This document shows positions 41,977 to 52,429 of a stretch of 64,000 nt of DNA, one piece after another; positions within the stretch are counted from its first letter, which is position 1; the number at the start of each line of letters is the position of its first letter. A program made the translations under genes and the position numbers. The stretch is from positions 62,001 through 126,000 of IMG/VR virus record IMGVR_UViG_3300044641_009805; one strand, written 5' to 3'. Below the pieces are notes generated by a model. That model was not told the origin of the DNA. It ran no database searches and was given only the letters and a program-made list of their open reading frames with translations.

Positions 41977-44472
41977 TTACCAATCGTATTTCACTCTGAA
42001 AGCTATCTTGTCAGAGTGTCGTTTCATGATGGGCTGTGCAAGCTGAGTTTTCATGATCACGTTTAGATTATCATCATGAAAATTTATGCCTGAAATATAC
42101 ACAAAGTCAGAGTCATATTCATTAGGATTCAGCGTGGATGGAACCTTCACGAATGTGGGATTTGAAGATGAATTTAAATGATTGACTGGTGCTGACATGT
42201 CTAACTTCAAAACGTGAATGTTTTGTTCACCTTTAAATGAAACTTCAAAGTTTTCCTTACCAAAGAAATACAAATGCGGACTCTTTATTGCAATGATTCC
42301 TTCATTGTAATAAATGGTTCCCACAGTATTCCACTTGCAAGTAGGTGAATCGCTATCTGCTCTATACAATCCTCCGTTGCCGTTGTCTCTAATGGTAATC
42401 TTCATTTCTCCGTTAGAGCCTGAAAGAGAAACATCTTTTATCATGAAACTGCCGGGTAAAATACTCATCCCATAGTACAGATTGCTGATATCAAAGAAAG
42501 TTACTTGATTAGAGCTAGAATCTCCTGTTCTTTGATATATCGTCAATGGAGCATTTTCTTGAAGACCTTGTCCTGATTGTCCTGCATAAATTGCTTTGTT
42601 GGTATTTCTCAAATAATTCTTGTAAGCAGGCCCACCAGACGAAGCGGGATTTTCAGGCGTGACGCCGATCGTCTCTTTTATGAAGAAATCTGGGTCTTTT
42701 TCTGCTTTATTAGTAGATTCAGAATCTTCAAAAGAGGTGTTAAACACTAATGAAGATGTCAAAAGCATGTTATTAAGGCTGATAAATCCAGGAGTGAAGT
42801 TATCTAAATCATCTGAATAGAGGTTTTGCAATTCTTCATTTTTAAGCAAATCGTAATCAGGATAGAAATTTCCATCATCACACGGCGTGATCAACAAGTT
42901 TCTTTTTCTGACCATGGGTTGATCGTAAAGAAATTCATTCGCTGATCTAGCTGTCGTTGTGCTGTTTAATGCTGATGCTGAAAGGTGATGTTGCCTAGGA
43001 AAGTTGTTGGTGGCAAAATCTTTTAAAAAGTTTTCAGTGTTGATGTAATGGCCTGCCACACCAAATGCCATTGCAATGTTGAATGGATCAGCCGTGGTTC
43101 CATCGACTTCAATAAAAGGAGTTTGTAGTATTCCTCCCCACGTATTTACGAATTTTCTAACAGGCGTTGCTTCGACAAAGAAAGGAGGAACATAAAAAGC
43201 CACTCTAGAATCAATGCTTGAAGGACCTATCGAGCTAGAAACTTGTAAGTCGGCTTCTGACATATAGTAGTTTTTTATTGATAAATCATGGACCTCTGCT
43301 CTAAGAGGGTGATTAAAAGCATATTTGTCAGGTTCATCTACGCCCGTCGCTGGATCTAGTTCTAACAGACCTTCTCTGTTAGACGTGTCTCTTGCAAAAA
43401 AACTTTTAAGAGTATTAAATCCACTATTACTTCCTTCGTAATAATTTCCGATGCACAAAACATCTGGATTTGTTGGATCAGTTCCGTTGTCTGGAAATAC
43501 CAACGGAGCTATTGTTCCGGAAGGAACTACAAAGTAACCCTTGTCAACTCCGTCAACATTGAACGAACCTGTACCTGCATTAATTTCGCTTGTACCCCAC
43601 CTAACGACTACGTGGTGCCATTTATTAAATGTCAATGCATTGTCCTGAGACTCAAATACTAAATTATTTGGGTAAGAACCTTGCGTGGCAATTGATGGAG
43701 GAATATCGGCACTGTGACTTAGCTGTAACAGCATCTTAAACCCCAGGGGTCGTCCTCGACCATCTTTTAAGCTACCTGACACCAAAGACAACGCATACGT
43801 TGATGACAGATGAAAAATGGTTCCTGCTTTAAATCCTTCATCTATATTGTTATATCTGGGATTTATGTAAAAATCAAAACTGATGGCTCCACTTGGCATG
43901 TAAGCGCCGTAGGAGTAACCTTCATGGATTGTCCCATTGTCATAGTTGGGGTACAACAGGACCGATGAAGATGGGATACCGGAAGAAGAAAAAAAATTTA
44001 AAGAATTATAGTTAACATAAGCCCAGTGAGATGATGGGTATGCACCTCTGTAATAAGAAGATAAGTTCTCTTTTATCACCATCTTTCGCACTGTGTTCGA
44101 AGTGAAGTTAAAAGAAGGTGTGAATCTTATTACGTCAAGAACTTTTTTCTTCTTTGCAGATACGCCCTGATCATTTACGAAATTTAAAAAAGATTCGACT
44201 GCATTTTTTACATCTATCGAGCCTGTCGTCGAATTCTTTTTACTTTTTATCTGCTGCTTTATTCCTTGTATCGTCGAAGCGATGTCAACGTCATTGTGCG
44301 TCGCTTCAATGAAGGAAGATAAAGGCGCTGTCTCTTTTTCTATTTTCGATCTGCGCGCAAAAACGTGAACGGATCCCGTGACGCCACTTGAGCTTGAAGA
44401 ATAATATCTACTAGGATTAGTGGCGACAGTGATGCTTTGAAAGTCGGTCGGGTTTACTTTGTATATTGACAT
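41977..44472 (-). CDS. Virion structural protein with LamG/concanavalin-like region
   Basis: FNKWHHVVVRW, SFDFYINP; C-terminal VGTIYYNEG...YISGINFHDDNLNVIMKTQLAQP. Confidence 0.7.
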   Translation of the reverse strand: MSIYKVNPTDFQSITVATNPSRYYSSSSSGVTGSVHVFARRSKIEKETAPLSSFIEATHNDVDIASTIQGIKQQIKSKKNSTTGSIDVKNAVESFLNFVNDQGVSAKKKKVLDVIRFTPSFNFTSNTVRKMVIKENLSSYYRGAYPSSHWAYVNYNSLNFFSSSGIPSSSVLLYPNYDNGTIHEGYSYGAYMPSGAISFDFYINPRYNNIDEGFKAGTIFHLSSTYALSLVSGSLKDGRGRPLGFKMLLQLSHSADIPPSIATQGSYPNNLVFESQDNALTFNKWHHVVVRWGTSEINAGTGSFNVDGVDKGYFVVPSGTIAPLVFPDNGTDPTNPDVLCIGNYYEGSNSGFNTLKSFFARDTSNREGLLELDPATGVDEPDKYAFNHPLRAEVHDLSIKNYYMSEADLQVSSSIGPSSIDSRVAFYVPPFFVEATPVRKFVNTWGGILQTPFIEVDGTTADPFNIAMAFGVAGHYINTENFLKDFATNNFPRQHHLSASALNSTTTARSANEFLYDQPMVRKRNLLITPCDDGNFYPDYDLLKNEELQNLYSDDLDNFTPGFISLNNMLLTSSLVFNTSFEDSESTNKAEKDPDFFIKETIGVTPENPASSGGPAYKNYLRNTNKAIYAGQSGQGLQENAPLTIYQRTGDSSSNQVTFFDISNLYYGMSILPGSFMIKDVSLSGSNGEMKITIRDNGNGGLYRADSDSPTCKWNTVGTIYYNEGIIAIKSPHLYFFGKENFEVSFKGEQNIHVLKLDMSAPVNHLNSSSNPTFVKVPSTLNPNEYDSDFVYISGINFHDDNLNVIMKTQLAQPIMKRHSDKIAFRVKYDW

Positions 44473-44494
44473 TCACGCTTCAACTCGTTAAGGA

Positions 44495-45703
44495 TCAGAA
44501 ATCTAGACGTACTCTAAAGGTCAAGTCTCTTTCTGGACTCTTCTCTACTGGTCTACTTAACTTAGCAACTGCGAGCAAGTTATCATTCGGATCATAAAGT
44601 CCAACCGACGTCACGAAAGTGAAAGTCTGTTGCGTGTCTTCTTGCCCCGAATCAATTACAACTATTCTGTTTTGTGAATCTGTAAAAGTAGGATTCGAAG
44701 AATAGTTGAACTCATCAGCCGCTGCTCTGCAAAAGACTAACGTGCTGTTAATATTTGTCGTGTTTTGAAAAGTAATTGCCGTCTGCGATCCCGAACTAAA
44801 CCTGGTGGCACAAATGTGGTCTACTACGTTGTCAATAGAAGCTGAAACTATAAAGTCAGGAATAAACTTAGAGATTCCTGATGTTTCAGTCCCAGGTCCA
44901 CCTAACACGGCCAATCCTGTTGGAGACATGGCGTCAATATTTCCAGACACGAATTGGCTAGCTGATGTGATCTTTTCTAGATCCATCACGGCAATTCCTC
45001 TGTCATAGAACAGCAGACCGACAGTTCTATTCGTGTCAGCGGCATCAACTATGTTGCCTAGTTGACCACCAAACTCAGTTAGTTTGTTGGTAGAAGCTCC
45101 GATATCAGTGTAAATTGACATTCCAATCTCTGATGTTTTATAAAGATTAGGGATGTTAGGAGCTCCGTCGTATCTGCAAAGAGAAGCTGATTGAAAGAAT
45201 CTCATTGCAAATGATTCTCTCTTTATCGCATCACGAGCGAATAATCTCTTAAATGCTATAAAGAATGCGGCATCAATTTTATCATTCGCACTAACTGATC
45301 CATACGGAGCAACAAACTGAGAATTAGCATCTCCTAATAGAAGCTGCGCAAACTGACGATAGTTGTCAAGTTTTTCTCTCATCATCAATGAAGATGAAGG
45401 AAAAATTTCTTTTCCTGCGGAGTCTACTGACGACAAAGAAGACGAAGTAATATCAGAGTTGGGATAAATTCCAACAGTGCAGTCAAAAACAGGGTTAGCC
45501 GTTTGTAACGTAAAATCTTGATCATAGACGGTTTGAAATAACGAAGATGTAATTCCAGGACCAACACCTCCAGTTACGAAAACTTGATATTTTCTTCTTG
45601 AAGTTGATCCGCTGATGTCTTCTTGAATTACGTCAATCAATTGACTTAAAAAAGAACGAGCAGTTTTTACGTCTGATGGATCTAAGTTTTTATAGGTGGC
45701 CAT
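44495..45703 (-). CDS. Virion structural protein
   Basis: VGLLFYDRG, EFNYSSNPTF, VTSVGLYD...LLAVAKLSRP; C-terminus similar to 41977-44472. Confidence 0.7.
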   Translation of the reverse strand: MATYKNLDPSDVKTARSFLSQLIDVIQEDISGSTSRRKYQVFVTGGVGPGITSSLFQTVYDQDFTLQTANPVFDCTVGIYPNSDITSSSLSSVDSAGKEIFPSSSLMMREKLDNYRQFAQLLLGDANSQFVAPYGSVSANDKIDAAFFIAFKRLFARDAIKRESFAMRFFQSASLCRYDGAPNIPNLYKTSEIGMSIYTDIGASTNKLTEFGGQLGNIVDAADTNRTVGLLFYDRGIAVMDLEKITSASQFVSGNIDAMSPTGLAVLGGPGTETSGISKFIPDFIVSASIDNVVDHICATRFSSGSQTAITFQNTTNINSTLVFCRAAADEFNYSSNPTFTDSQNRIVVIDSGQEDTQQTFTFVTSVGLYDPNDNLLAVAKLSRPVEKSPERDLTFRVRLDF

Positions 45704-45715
45704 ATATTTCTTTTT

Positions 45716-46435
45716 TCAACGTTTGAGTTCAACGGCTATGTCTTTCACAGCGCCTGATTGCATACCTGTCACGCGGACATAGGTCTTTATTGTATTTTTT
45801 TGCGTGCCTGTTCCATACACGTCAAATACAGTTTGCGTTAAAGATTTTGCATTAACAGTAAACATTAAAGTAGATCCAGCCGTGCTATTAGTTCCTGATT
45901 TGGTAAGAGTGTAATATGCTCTTTGCTGATTGTCTATATTGTTCGGAGATTTGTTACCAGAATCTACCAACAAGAACAAGTTTGGTACGTCAACAATAAA
46001 AGTTTGATCTCTCAATTCGACGTCAATTAACGTCTCATTCAGCACTGTCTGTTCTAAATTAACCTTAGAAGATGTAGCTTTTCCAGAAGTAGACACAGTG
46101 TATAAAGTTATAACACCCCCAGATGAAGCTGCATCTCCTGTGTATGTGAAGCTAGGTAATCTAACCAAATTAGGATTAGACACGCTTATGAGCCTATATT
46201 TCTGAGAATGAGCTTGATTCGTTAATGCTTCAAAAATAGGAGTGTTTTTTTCGATTTTTTCTCTGCCTACCGTTCTACCATATTTTTGTATAATGCTGTA
46301 GTTTACTTCATCATCTCCCAGAGCGAACTTAGTTAAAGTAAAATCGCCATTATTTCTTGACAAAAATTGTCGGCCCGTGTCTGTTAAAACGGCATCAAGG
46401 ATGATGTTATTGGTCGAATGATCAAGAAAACCCAT
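45716..46435 (-). CDS. Virion structural protein
   Basis: MGFLD...ILDAVLTDTGR...KFALGDDEVNY; beta-rich. Confidence 0.7.
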   Translation of the reverse strand: MGFLDHSTNNIILDAVLTDTGRQFLSRNNGDFTLTKFALGDDEVNYSIIQKYGRTVGREKIEKNTPIFEALTNQAHSQKYRLISVSNPNLVRLPSFTYTGDAASSGGVITLYTVSTSGKATSSKVNLEQTVLNETLIDVELRDQTFIVDVPNLFLLVDSGNKSPNNIDNQQRAYYTLTKSGTNSTAGSTLMFTVNAKSLTQTVFDVYGTGTQKNTIKTYVRVTGMQSGAVKDIAVELKR

Positions 46436-46517
46436 AATTCCTCTACTCTTAAATCTACACGTAAGTATTAGTTAGTTAAATATTGCTTTCCTTTATTTGC
46501 CAAGAATTGATTAACGC

Positions 46518-48347
46518 CTATCGAAAATCTTTCAAGTTAATAGTGAGTTGCGTAGAAGCTTGATTCTCTATGTTTATAAAATTTATTTTATATCTTCCAT
46601 TTTCTGTCACAATGACATCAGTTTTGACGTTATCATTATTGACTGAATAACAGGTTGGTGTGAAATAAACATGCATCGTATTTTTGTTGCTTGTTTTTAC
46701 TGAATCCAAAAATAGATCTTTTTCAAGATACATGTTAGGATAACTCTTAGGCGCATTTTGAGTAGAAACTAATCTTATTATTAGCTTATTTGCATATTGA
46801 TCAAATTTCACTTGAAACTGTTCAGAATAATTAGAACTAATTCCATGAGCATCTACAGATGCGACTGCGTAAATGTACTCCGAATTTTTGAAGAAATCAT
46901 CATCGTAATAAGAAGATTCTGGATTTGGTGTGACTACTTCTACTAACTTTTGATCAATCTTTTTTTCATCATCTGGAAATTTGATGGACGCATCGTTAAA
47001 GTCAAAAACTTTTAATAACTCAAATGGGTGTTCTAAACTTTTTCGTCTAAATACTTGAAATTTTTTGATGTCCATCTGCGAATTTACTGGAAATGACCAA
47101 TAAATTAACAAACTTCCTCTAATACCAGTTCCGGGTATGGTACCGTTTGAGATATGATCAAATTCTGCGGTCACAGGATTTATCCTATCAAAATCCCAAA
47201 CAAACTTTAATCCCGTAGGCGGAGGGGGAGCTATATCCTCTGTCGTTTCTACATAAGAAATCACGGGTTTTGAACTGATCAAAGAGCTGATCATCGATAT
47301 GCCTAGTCCGACATTATCGACAGCGGCAAAGGTTGCTTCCATTATTGATTTAACTTGATAAATGTAGACAGTACCATACCGTACATCAAAATCTGCATAG
47401 CTAGTTGATCTTGGATCCTCTATAATAATTGGATTAAAATCTCTTTGGGTTCCATCGGGGAAGATTTCTGTTTTTTCTATAACATAACCAACAAGCTTGT
47501 ATGTCGTTGGAACATTCGCATCATCTGCTGAGGATACTACGTTGATATATTGTACGTTCGTCTTAAATTCATCTTCGGTCAGGTCAAAATTACTGTTGTT
47601 ATTCCTTTTATTACCAACCGAATTTTTTAATTTTTTAAAAGAGTCCTTGTTTAAATTCAATGAATCATTGGATGCTCTTTGAACCAAGTCGTATAACAAA
47701 TTATTACTAATCTGCATGTTGGTCGAAACATTCTTTAAACTATTCAAGTAGTTGTTTATTGTTTTTTTACCATCATTTTTTTTATAGATAGTGTTGGAAA
47801 TGTATTCTTGCTGGCTTAGCACATTTCCTACTACTTTTTCATTAGAACTTCCCACCAAATTTTTTACAGATTGTACAGACTTTGAAGAATCAATTTCTTC
47901 AGTATCATGAAGCAGCATTGAAGCATTTTTAAAAATCGAAGCAGTCTGTTTGTCTATTTCATTATTTTTTAAATTTACAGCAGTGTAATAGCTGGTAGCA
48001 AACTGACTTTCTGACACAATCTTGTCAAAATTTTGAGCAATTATGTCATTCTCTTCTCCAGATTCTATGTAAGGTATCTTTTTAGGACCTTTGAATGTAA
48101 TTTTTACGTACCTTGGGAATTTTCTGCTACCATAATCCAAATAAGATTCTGCTAACTCAGTACGTGGTTTAGAGATGATATTTTGCGATAAATTCATATT
48201 TTTTATCGCGTCATCGGTTAAGATATCTTTGTCTCTGACAGCTTCATTAGGAACATAATAATTGTAAACAAATTCTGTCTTCAACTCAGTGACTTCAGGT
48301 ACGTCTACTGAATAGATGATTCTTGTCGGTATTGATTTTATTCCCAT
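46518..48347 (-). CDS. Putative structural protein with FN3/Ig-like segments
   Basis: YADFDVRYGTVYIYQV, PPPPTGL, YIYAVASVDAHGISSNYS. Confidence 0.65.
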   Translation of the reverse strand: MGIKSIPTRIIYSVDVPEVTELKTEFVYNYYVPNEAVRDKDILTDDAIKNMNLSQNIISKPRTELAESYLDYGSRKFPRYVKITFKGPKKIPYIESGEENDIIAQNFDKIVSESQFATSYYTAVNLKNNEIDKQTASIFKNASMLLHDTEEIDSSKSVQSVKNLVGSSNEKVVGNVLSQQEYISNTIYKKNDGKKTINNYLNSLKNVSTNMQISNNLLYDLVQRASNDSLNLNKDSFKKLKNSVGNKRNNNSNFDLTEDEFKTNVQYINVVSSADDANVPTTYKLVGYVIEKTEIFPDGTQRDFNPIIIEDPRSTSYADFDVRYGTVYIYQVKSIMEATFAAVDNVGLGISMISSLISSKPVISYVETTEDIAPPPPTGLKFVWDFDRINPVTAEFDHISNGTIPGTGIRGSLLIYWSFPVNSQMDIKKFQVFRRKSLEHPFELLKVFDFNDASIKFPDDEKKIDQKLVEVVTPNPESSYYDDDFFKNSEYIYAVASVDAHGISSNYSEQFQVKFDQYANKLIIRLVSTQNAPKSYPNMYLEKDLFLDSVKTSNKNTMHVYFTPTCYSVNNDNVKTDVIVTENGRYKINFINIENQASTQLTINLKDFR

Positions 48348-48359
48348 GTTCGTTTCTCT

Positions 48360-51300
48360 TTATAGCTTACCAACGCTTTTTTTCGTTATGGATTTTTTGT
48401 CTTGTTGCTTTCTTGCTGATTCCTGCGCATTTTCGCTCTTTTGAATTGAAGTTAACAATTTTGGATCCGCAACAAAAGGCTCTGCATGAGTTTCTACGAC
48501 CGCAAAAAAAGCGTCTAGGGATGGATTTTCAAAAGATTTATCTACATCAACATAGACATTGGGATTACTTTTTTGTTTAATAGATTTTGCAGTTTTTATT
48601 AAAAATTCTAATTTAGAAGAACTACTTTGGGTTGATGTTGATTTTTCATAATCTATTTCAAACTCAGGATCAAATATAATGTTAAAGACTCTATCAAATT
48701 TTTTAGGCTGAACCAAGTTCTTAATATACAAATCTTGTCTTGGAATCAAAACATCTGCAACTATCAAATTTTTTAAAGCTTCATTCTTTATCTTCGGTAT
48801 CTTATTGAGACCAGAAGAATTTAAAACAGATTTTCCTGCATTTCCTAATCCTTTAGATAAAGAGTTAGAAGATTTAGAATCTTTAGTGGTCGAAGTAGAA
48901 CTTTGCAAATTCTTAGTTACATCATCGTTAGTTGAATTACCAGCTTCAGCAAGAGCATCTGCTTCTGTATTCGATAGATTAAATTGAACATCACCAACGT
49001 CAAACCCGGTCAAGATTTTTATGTAATTTTCTAGAAGAAAACTAGTTATATGATTTTCTATAATTTCATTTTTTTCTCTTGCTGTTAGAAAATTATATTC
49101 TTCTCCAAAAGAGCTGGTTTTATCGTCCCAATACGTAGATGCTCCTGTGTCTATCAAGTTCAAGCTTGTAAATAAAGAATAATTTCTAGTTGGAATTGCA
49201 TTAGCTATGTCGCTAATTCCTCTCACATTTGTATTGATTGGCTTTACTGATGAATAAACTCGTGTCGGGAATCTAGATGCTTCGAACAAAAATTCTTTTG
49301 GTTTATACACAATATCACTGTTAAAGATGTCTATCTTATAGATTAAGATCTTTATAATATCATTATGCTTATTGCTATCAGCCATTAAAGGATTTTTTAA
49401 CAACCCTTTAAGCAACCCTTGAGGAATTCCGATTGTGGCAATTTTTTTGTTATATCCTTTTGTCTCAGTGAATTCTGCGTCTGAAAAGAATCTTTGTAAA
49501 ACTGATACCATTTGTGGAGAATAATGCAAGCTTTTAAGATACTTGGTCGCCAAGATCATATCAGGATCTGTTTCTTCTGTCGAAAAGTTTTCAGTAAAAG
49601 TTTGAAAGTTCTGGTAGACGTCTTCCACTGATGATAGCAACATCATAAGTTGTTGTTCTCTCATCAAAATTGACAACTTTTCAGTCGTTTCCAGATATCC
49701 TAACAAATAAGCTATTGCTTCTTTATTGAATTTGTTAATCGTGTTGTATATAGTTTGAATTTTTCCATTCAGCGTATCCAAAAAATTGGCCACGGAAAAC
49801 ATCATTGAAGTTAAAGTTTTCATTTCATCTTCAATTATAGAGATGATTTCTTGCTGGCCTATAGAATGATTTGTTGGTGCAGAATCAACGTACACAACAA
49901 GTTCGTAGAAAGAAGCTCCTATGCTTGTAAAGTATTTTCTATTTTCAGGAGTTAATGAAAAAAAGCCATTTAATTCAACTGATTCAAATCCAAGAGCTGA
50001 TCCTATTATTCCGCCGCTTGAGGTTTTTACAGGATTTATAGTCTTTGAATATGGCGTTAAAAAATCTTGAAATGCATTTGTCGCAACTAAATTGTTGTCG
50101 GAAAATTTCTTAACTAAAGAGCAGATAACAGTAAAAGCCAACACAATTATAGTGTTAATGTTTAATTCAGAAAAAATAGTACTGTTAGTAGAACTTGAAG
50201 TTGCATAGTTAGAGAATGCATCCTTAATATCTTTTATTATGTTAACGATTGAAAGAAAAAGTTTGTTATTTCTTAGAGAATTTCCCAAATCTGCTGAGTT
50301 ATCATATTTGCAAGGAATTCTGTTGATTATATTTTTGCTTTCGTAATTTGCTACCAACGATATTTTAAGAGTTTTTTCTGTAAGATTTTTAAAGATATCA
50401 TTGTAATCATTCAAGTTCACGTTAAAAAGAGACGAAAATGCGATGCGGTCTGCTATTATTTGAGACAATAATTCCGGAGGAACGTTTTTTGATTCATTAA
50501 TTAAGAGCAACTGTAGATTTTCATCATTATTACCTGCGTTAACAGAATCTTCCACTAATTCAATCAAAGAAATTAATAGAGAAGCTCTTAGTTCTCTACC
50601 AAAATTGCTGTTCTCTCCAGCTTTTGCTAAAATAGCAACTATTCCCCTGTCTTTTTGAGCAAATATCTCAAGATCTGATTCTCTATCGGCAAAATCATAT
50701 GTTTTAGAGTTTCCTTCTCCATCGACAAGAACATTAAGAATATTTTTAGCAAAAGTTGCTGGATTGAAGGATGTAAATGAAGGTTTTTGAGAACTGTCAT
50801 TTTTCATGGTCTCAAACATGCTGTCATCTATCGGCAAAAATCCAAAATTTGAAATAATTTCAAAAAAGCCAGAATCTAATCTTTCAATTTCTCTAGAAAT
50901 TTCAAACATTCTAGATAAATTTATGCTATTTTGAGATATGTTATTGAATAGCGCTTGTGAATCAAAAAAATAACGACCTCCAGGAACCAATGTTGTAGAC
51001 ATGTTAGAAGATTCATTCTCTTCAAGAGTTAACACTATTTTAGAGCTATCTTCTACATGTCTAGAGTAAGTAAGATCAAATAAAGAAAATGAATTTACGT
51101 TAACGTTTTTGCTGGGTGCTTGAAAAACTTCAAAACCTGATTGATCTTGTCCAAATATTTTTTCAATGTAATTCGTGGAATTAATGACCCCTGTCCCAGT
51201 TGAACGAAAATTTCTTAAAAACTGAAAGTTTTGATCAAAACAAGCAGAATGTCTCAACTCTTTTGATAACAGATGAATCAATACAGGAGCTATATAATTT

Positions 51301-52400
51301 TCGCTTTTTAAGTTATTATCAAGAGACGTATCTATCTCTAACATAGACATTTTCAAATCAAAAACAAGAGTCTTTAAATCGGCATTCAACTTTGATTTAT
51401 CTAATTTTTGATCTTTTACGCTTGTTGGAATCTCTAAAGAAATTCCAATATTTTTTAAGTCTTTTTGCGCTTTTTCTAAATTTGATTGCTCCGATTCAGA
51501 AAGAGAATTTTGAAAAGTGGGAGCAACCACTAAATTTGAAGGTATATTAGCGTTTTTTTGAATGTTTTTTAATGATATTCTGTTTTTTCCGCCGTCAATT
51601 ATAGGAATTTGTCCTTTGATAGATGCTTGCTTTTCTTCAAGCGAATTTACATTCAAAGACTTCTTTGAATGAGTTTGTATTAATTTTGATAATTCACTTA
51701 CGCACGTCAACCATAGCTTTGTAGAAGAATAATTCTTTACAGTAGAAGGTGTAGAGATGATAGCATCCGCCAGAGATGTTTCTAAGGTCAATGTTTCAGG
51801 TAGCTTTTCTGCTATGGCGTCTAAATCTTCTTTTTTAGTTTTTCTTTGTGAGCCTTCAAACATTCTAGAAACAAACTCAGTTGGAGAAAATCTGTATATT
51901 GAGTTGTGAGAATTAATGTTCTTGTTGGCTGTTGCTAACATCTTAAGAATGTTATTGAGTTCGCTCAATCTGTTTCTTAAAATGGAAATTTGCTGTTTAA
52001 ACTGTTTGTTGTTATCTTTTATTAACTTCTTATTTTTTTCTGAGCTCATGGCAGATTGAGTTGAAGCATCAATCTGCCTTAATGTTTCTACGTATAGATC
52101 GAATAATTCTCCATATGCAGTCTTTGTTTGAGAATCAGTCAAGATAGGAGAAAAATTAGTTAGCGCAATCATTTCAGGTCTGTCTTCTGAAAGATTTGCT
52201 AGTTCTTCATATTTTGTTAACTTACGTTTATGAGAATTTGTAGAAGTTGCAGACGGATCAGAAGACGGATCTAGGTCTTTTTTTGGTATATAAACGGTAG
52301 ATGTTTTTCTAGAGTTGTTTGAATCAGAACTAACAACTCTTGTTTGCATGTTTCCTGACTTAAGAAACGTTCCATTGCTTGACTTAGGGAATCTAAACAT
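48360..52400 (-). CDS. Large hypothetical protein (1346 aa), probably virion-associated
   Basis: Long uninterrupted ORF in the structural operon; no motif recognised. Confidence 0.7.
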   Translation of the reverse strand: MFRFPKSSNGTFLKSGNMQTRVVSSDSNNSRKTSTVYIPKKDLDPSSDPSATSTNSHKRKLTKYEELANLSEDRPEMIALTNFSPILTDSQTKTAYGELFDLYVETLRQIDASTQSAMSSEKNKKLIKDNNKQFKQQISILRNRLSELNNILKMLATANKNINSHNSIYRFSPTEFVSRMFEGSQRKTKKEDLDAIAEKLPETLTLETSLADAIISTPSTVKNYSSTKLWLTCVSELSKLIQTHSKKSLNVNSLEEKQASIKGQIPIIDGGKNRISLKNIQKNANIPSNLVVAPTFQNSLSESEQSNLEKAQKDLKNIGISLEIPTSVKDQKLDKSKLNADLKTLVFDLKMSMLEIDTSLDNNLKSENYIAPVLIHLLSKELRHSACFDQNFQFLRNFRSTGTGVINSTNYIEKIFGQDQSGFEVFQAPSKNVNVNSFSLFDLTYSRHVEDSSKIVLTLEENESSNMSTTLVPGGRYFFDSQALFNNISQNSINLSRMFEISREIERLDSGFFEIISNFGFLPIDDSMFETMKNDSSQKPSFTSFNPATFAKNILNVLVDGEGNSKTYDFADRESDLEIFAQKDRGIVAILAKAGENSNFGRELRASLLISLIELVEDSVNAGNNDENLQLLLINESKNVPPELLSQIIADRIAFSSLFNVNLNDYNDIFKNLTEKTLKISLVANYESKNIINRIPCKYDNSADLGNSLRNNKLFLSIVNIIKDIKDAFSNYATSSSTNSTIFSELNINTIIVLAFTVICSLVKKFSDNNLVATNAFQDFLTPYSKTINPVKTSSGGIIGSALGFESVELNGFFSLTPENRKYFTSIGASFYELVVYVDSAPTNHSIGQQEIISIIEDEMKTLTSMMFSVANFLDTLNGKIQTIYNTINKFNKEAIAYLLGYLETTEKLSILMREQQLMMLLSSVEDVYQNFQTFTENFSTEETDPDMILATKYLKSLHYSPQMVSVLQRFFSDAEFTETKGYNKKIATIGIPQGLLKGLLKNPLMADSNKHNDIIKILIYKIDIFNSDIVYKPKEFLFEASRFPTRVYSSVKPINTNVRGISDIANAIPTRNYSLFTSLNLIDTGASTYWDDKTSSFGEEYNFLTAREKNEIIENHITSFLLENYIKILTGFDVGDVQFNLSNTEADALAEAGNSTNDDVTKNLQSSTSTTKDSKSSNSLSKGLGNAGKSVLNSSGLNKIPKIKNEALKNLIVADVLIPRQDLYIKNLVQPKKFDRVFNIIFDPEFEIDYEKSTSTQSSSSKLEFLIKTAKSIKQKSNPNVYVDVDKSFENPSLDAFFAVVETHAEPFVADPKLLTSIQKSENAQESARKQQDKKSITKKSVGKL

Positions 52401-52429
52401 CTTTGATCCTTCTTTAATTTATTGCGCTT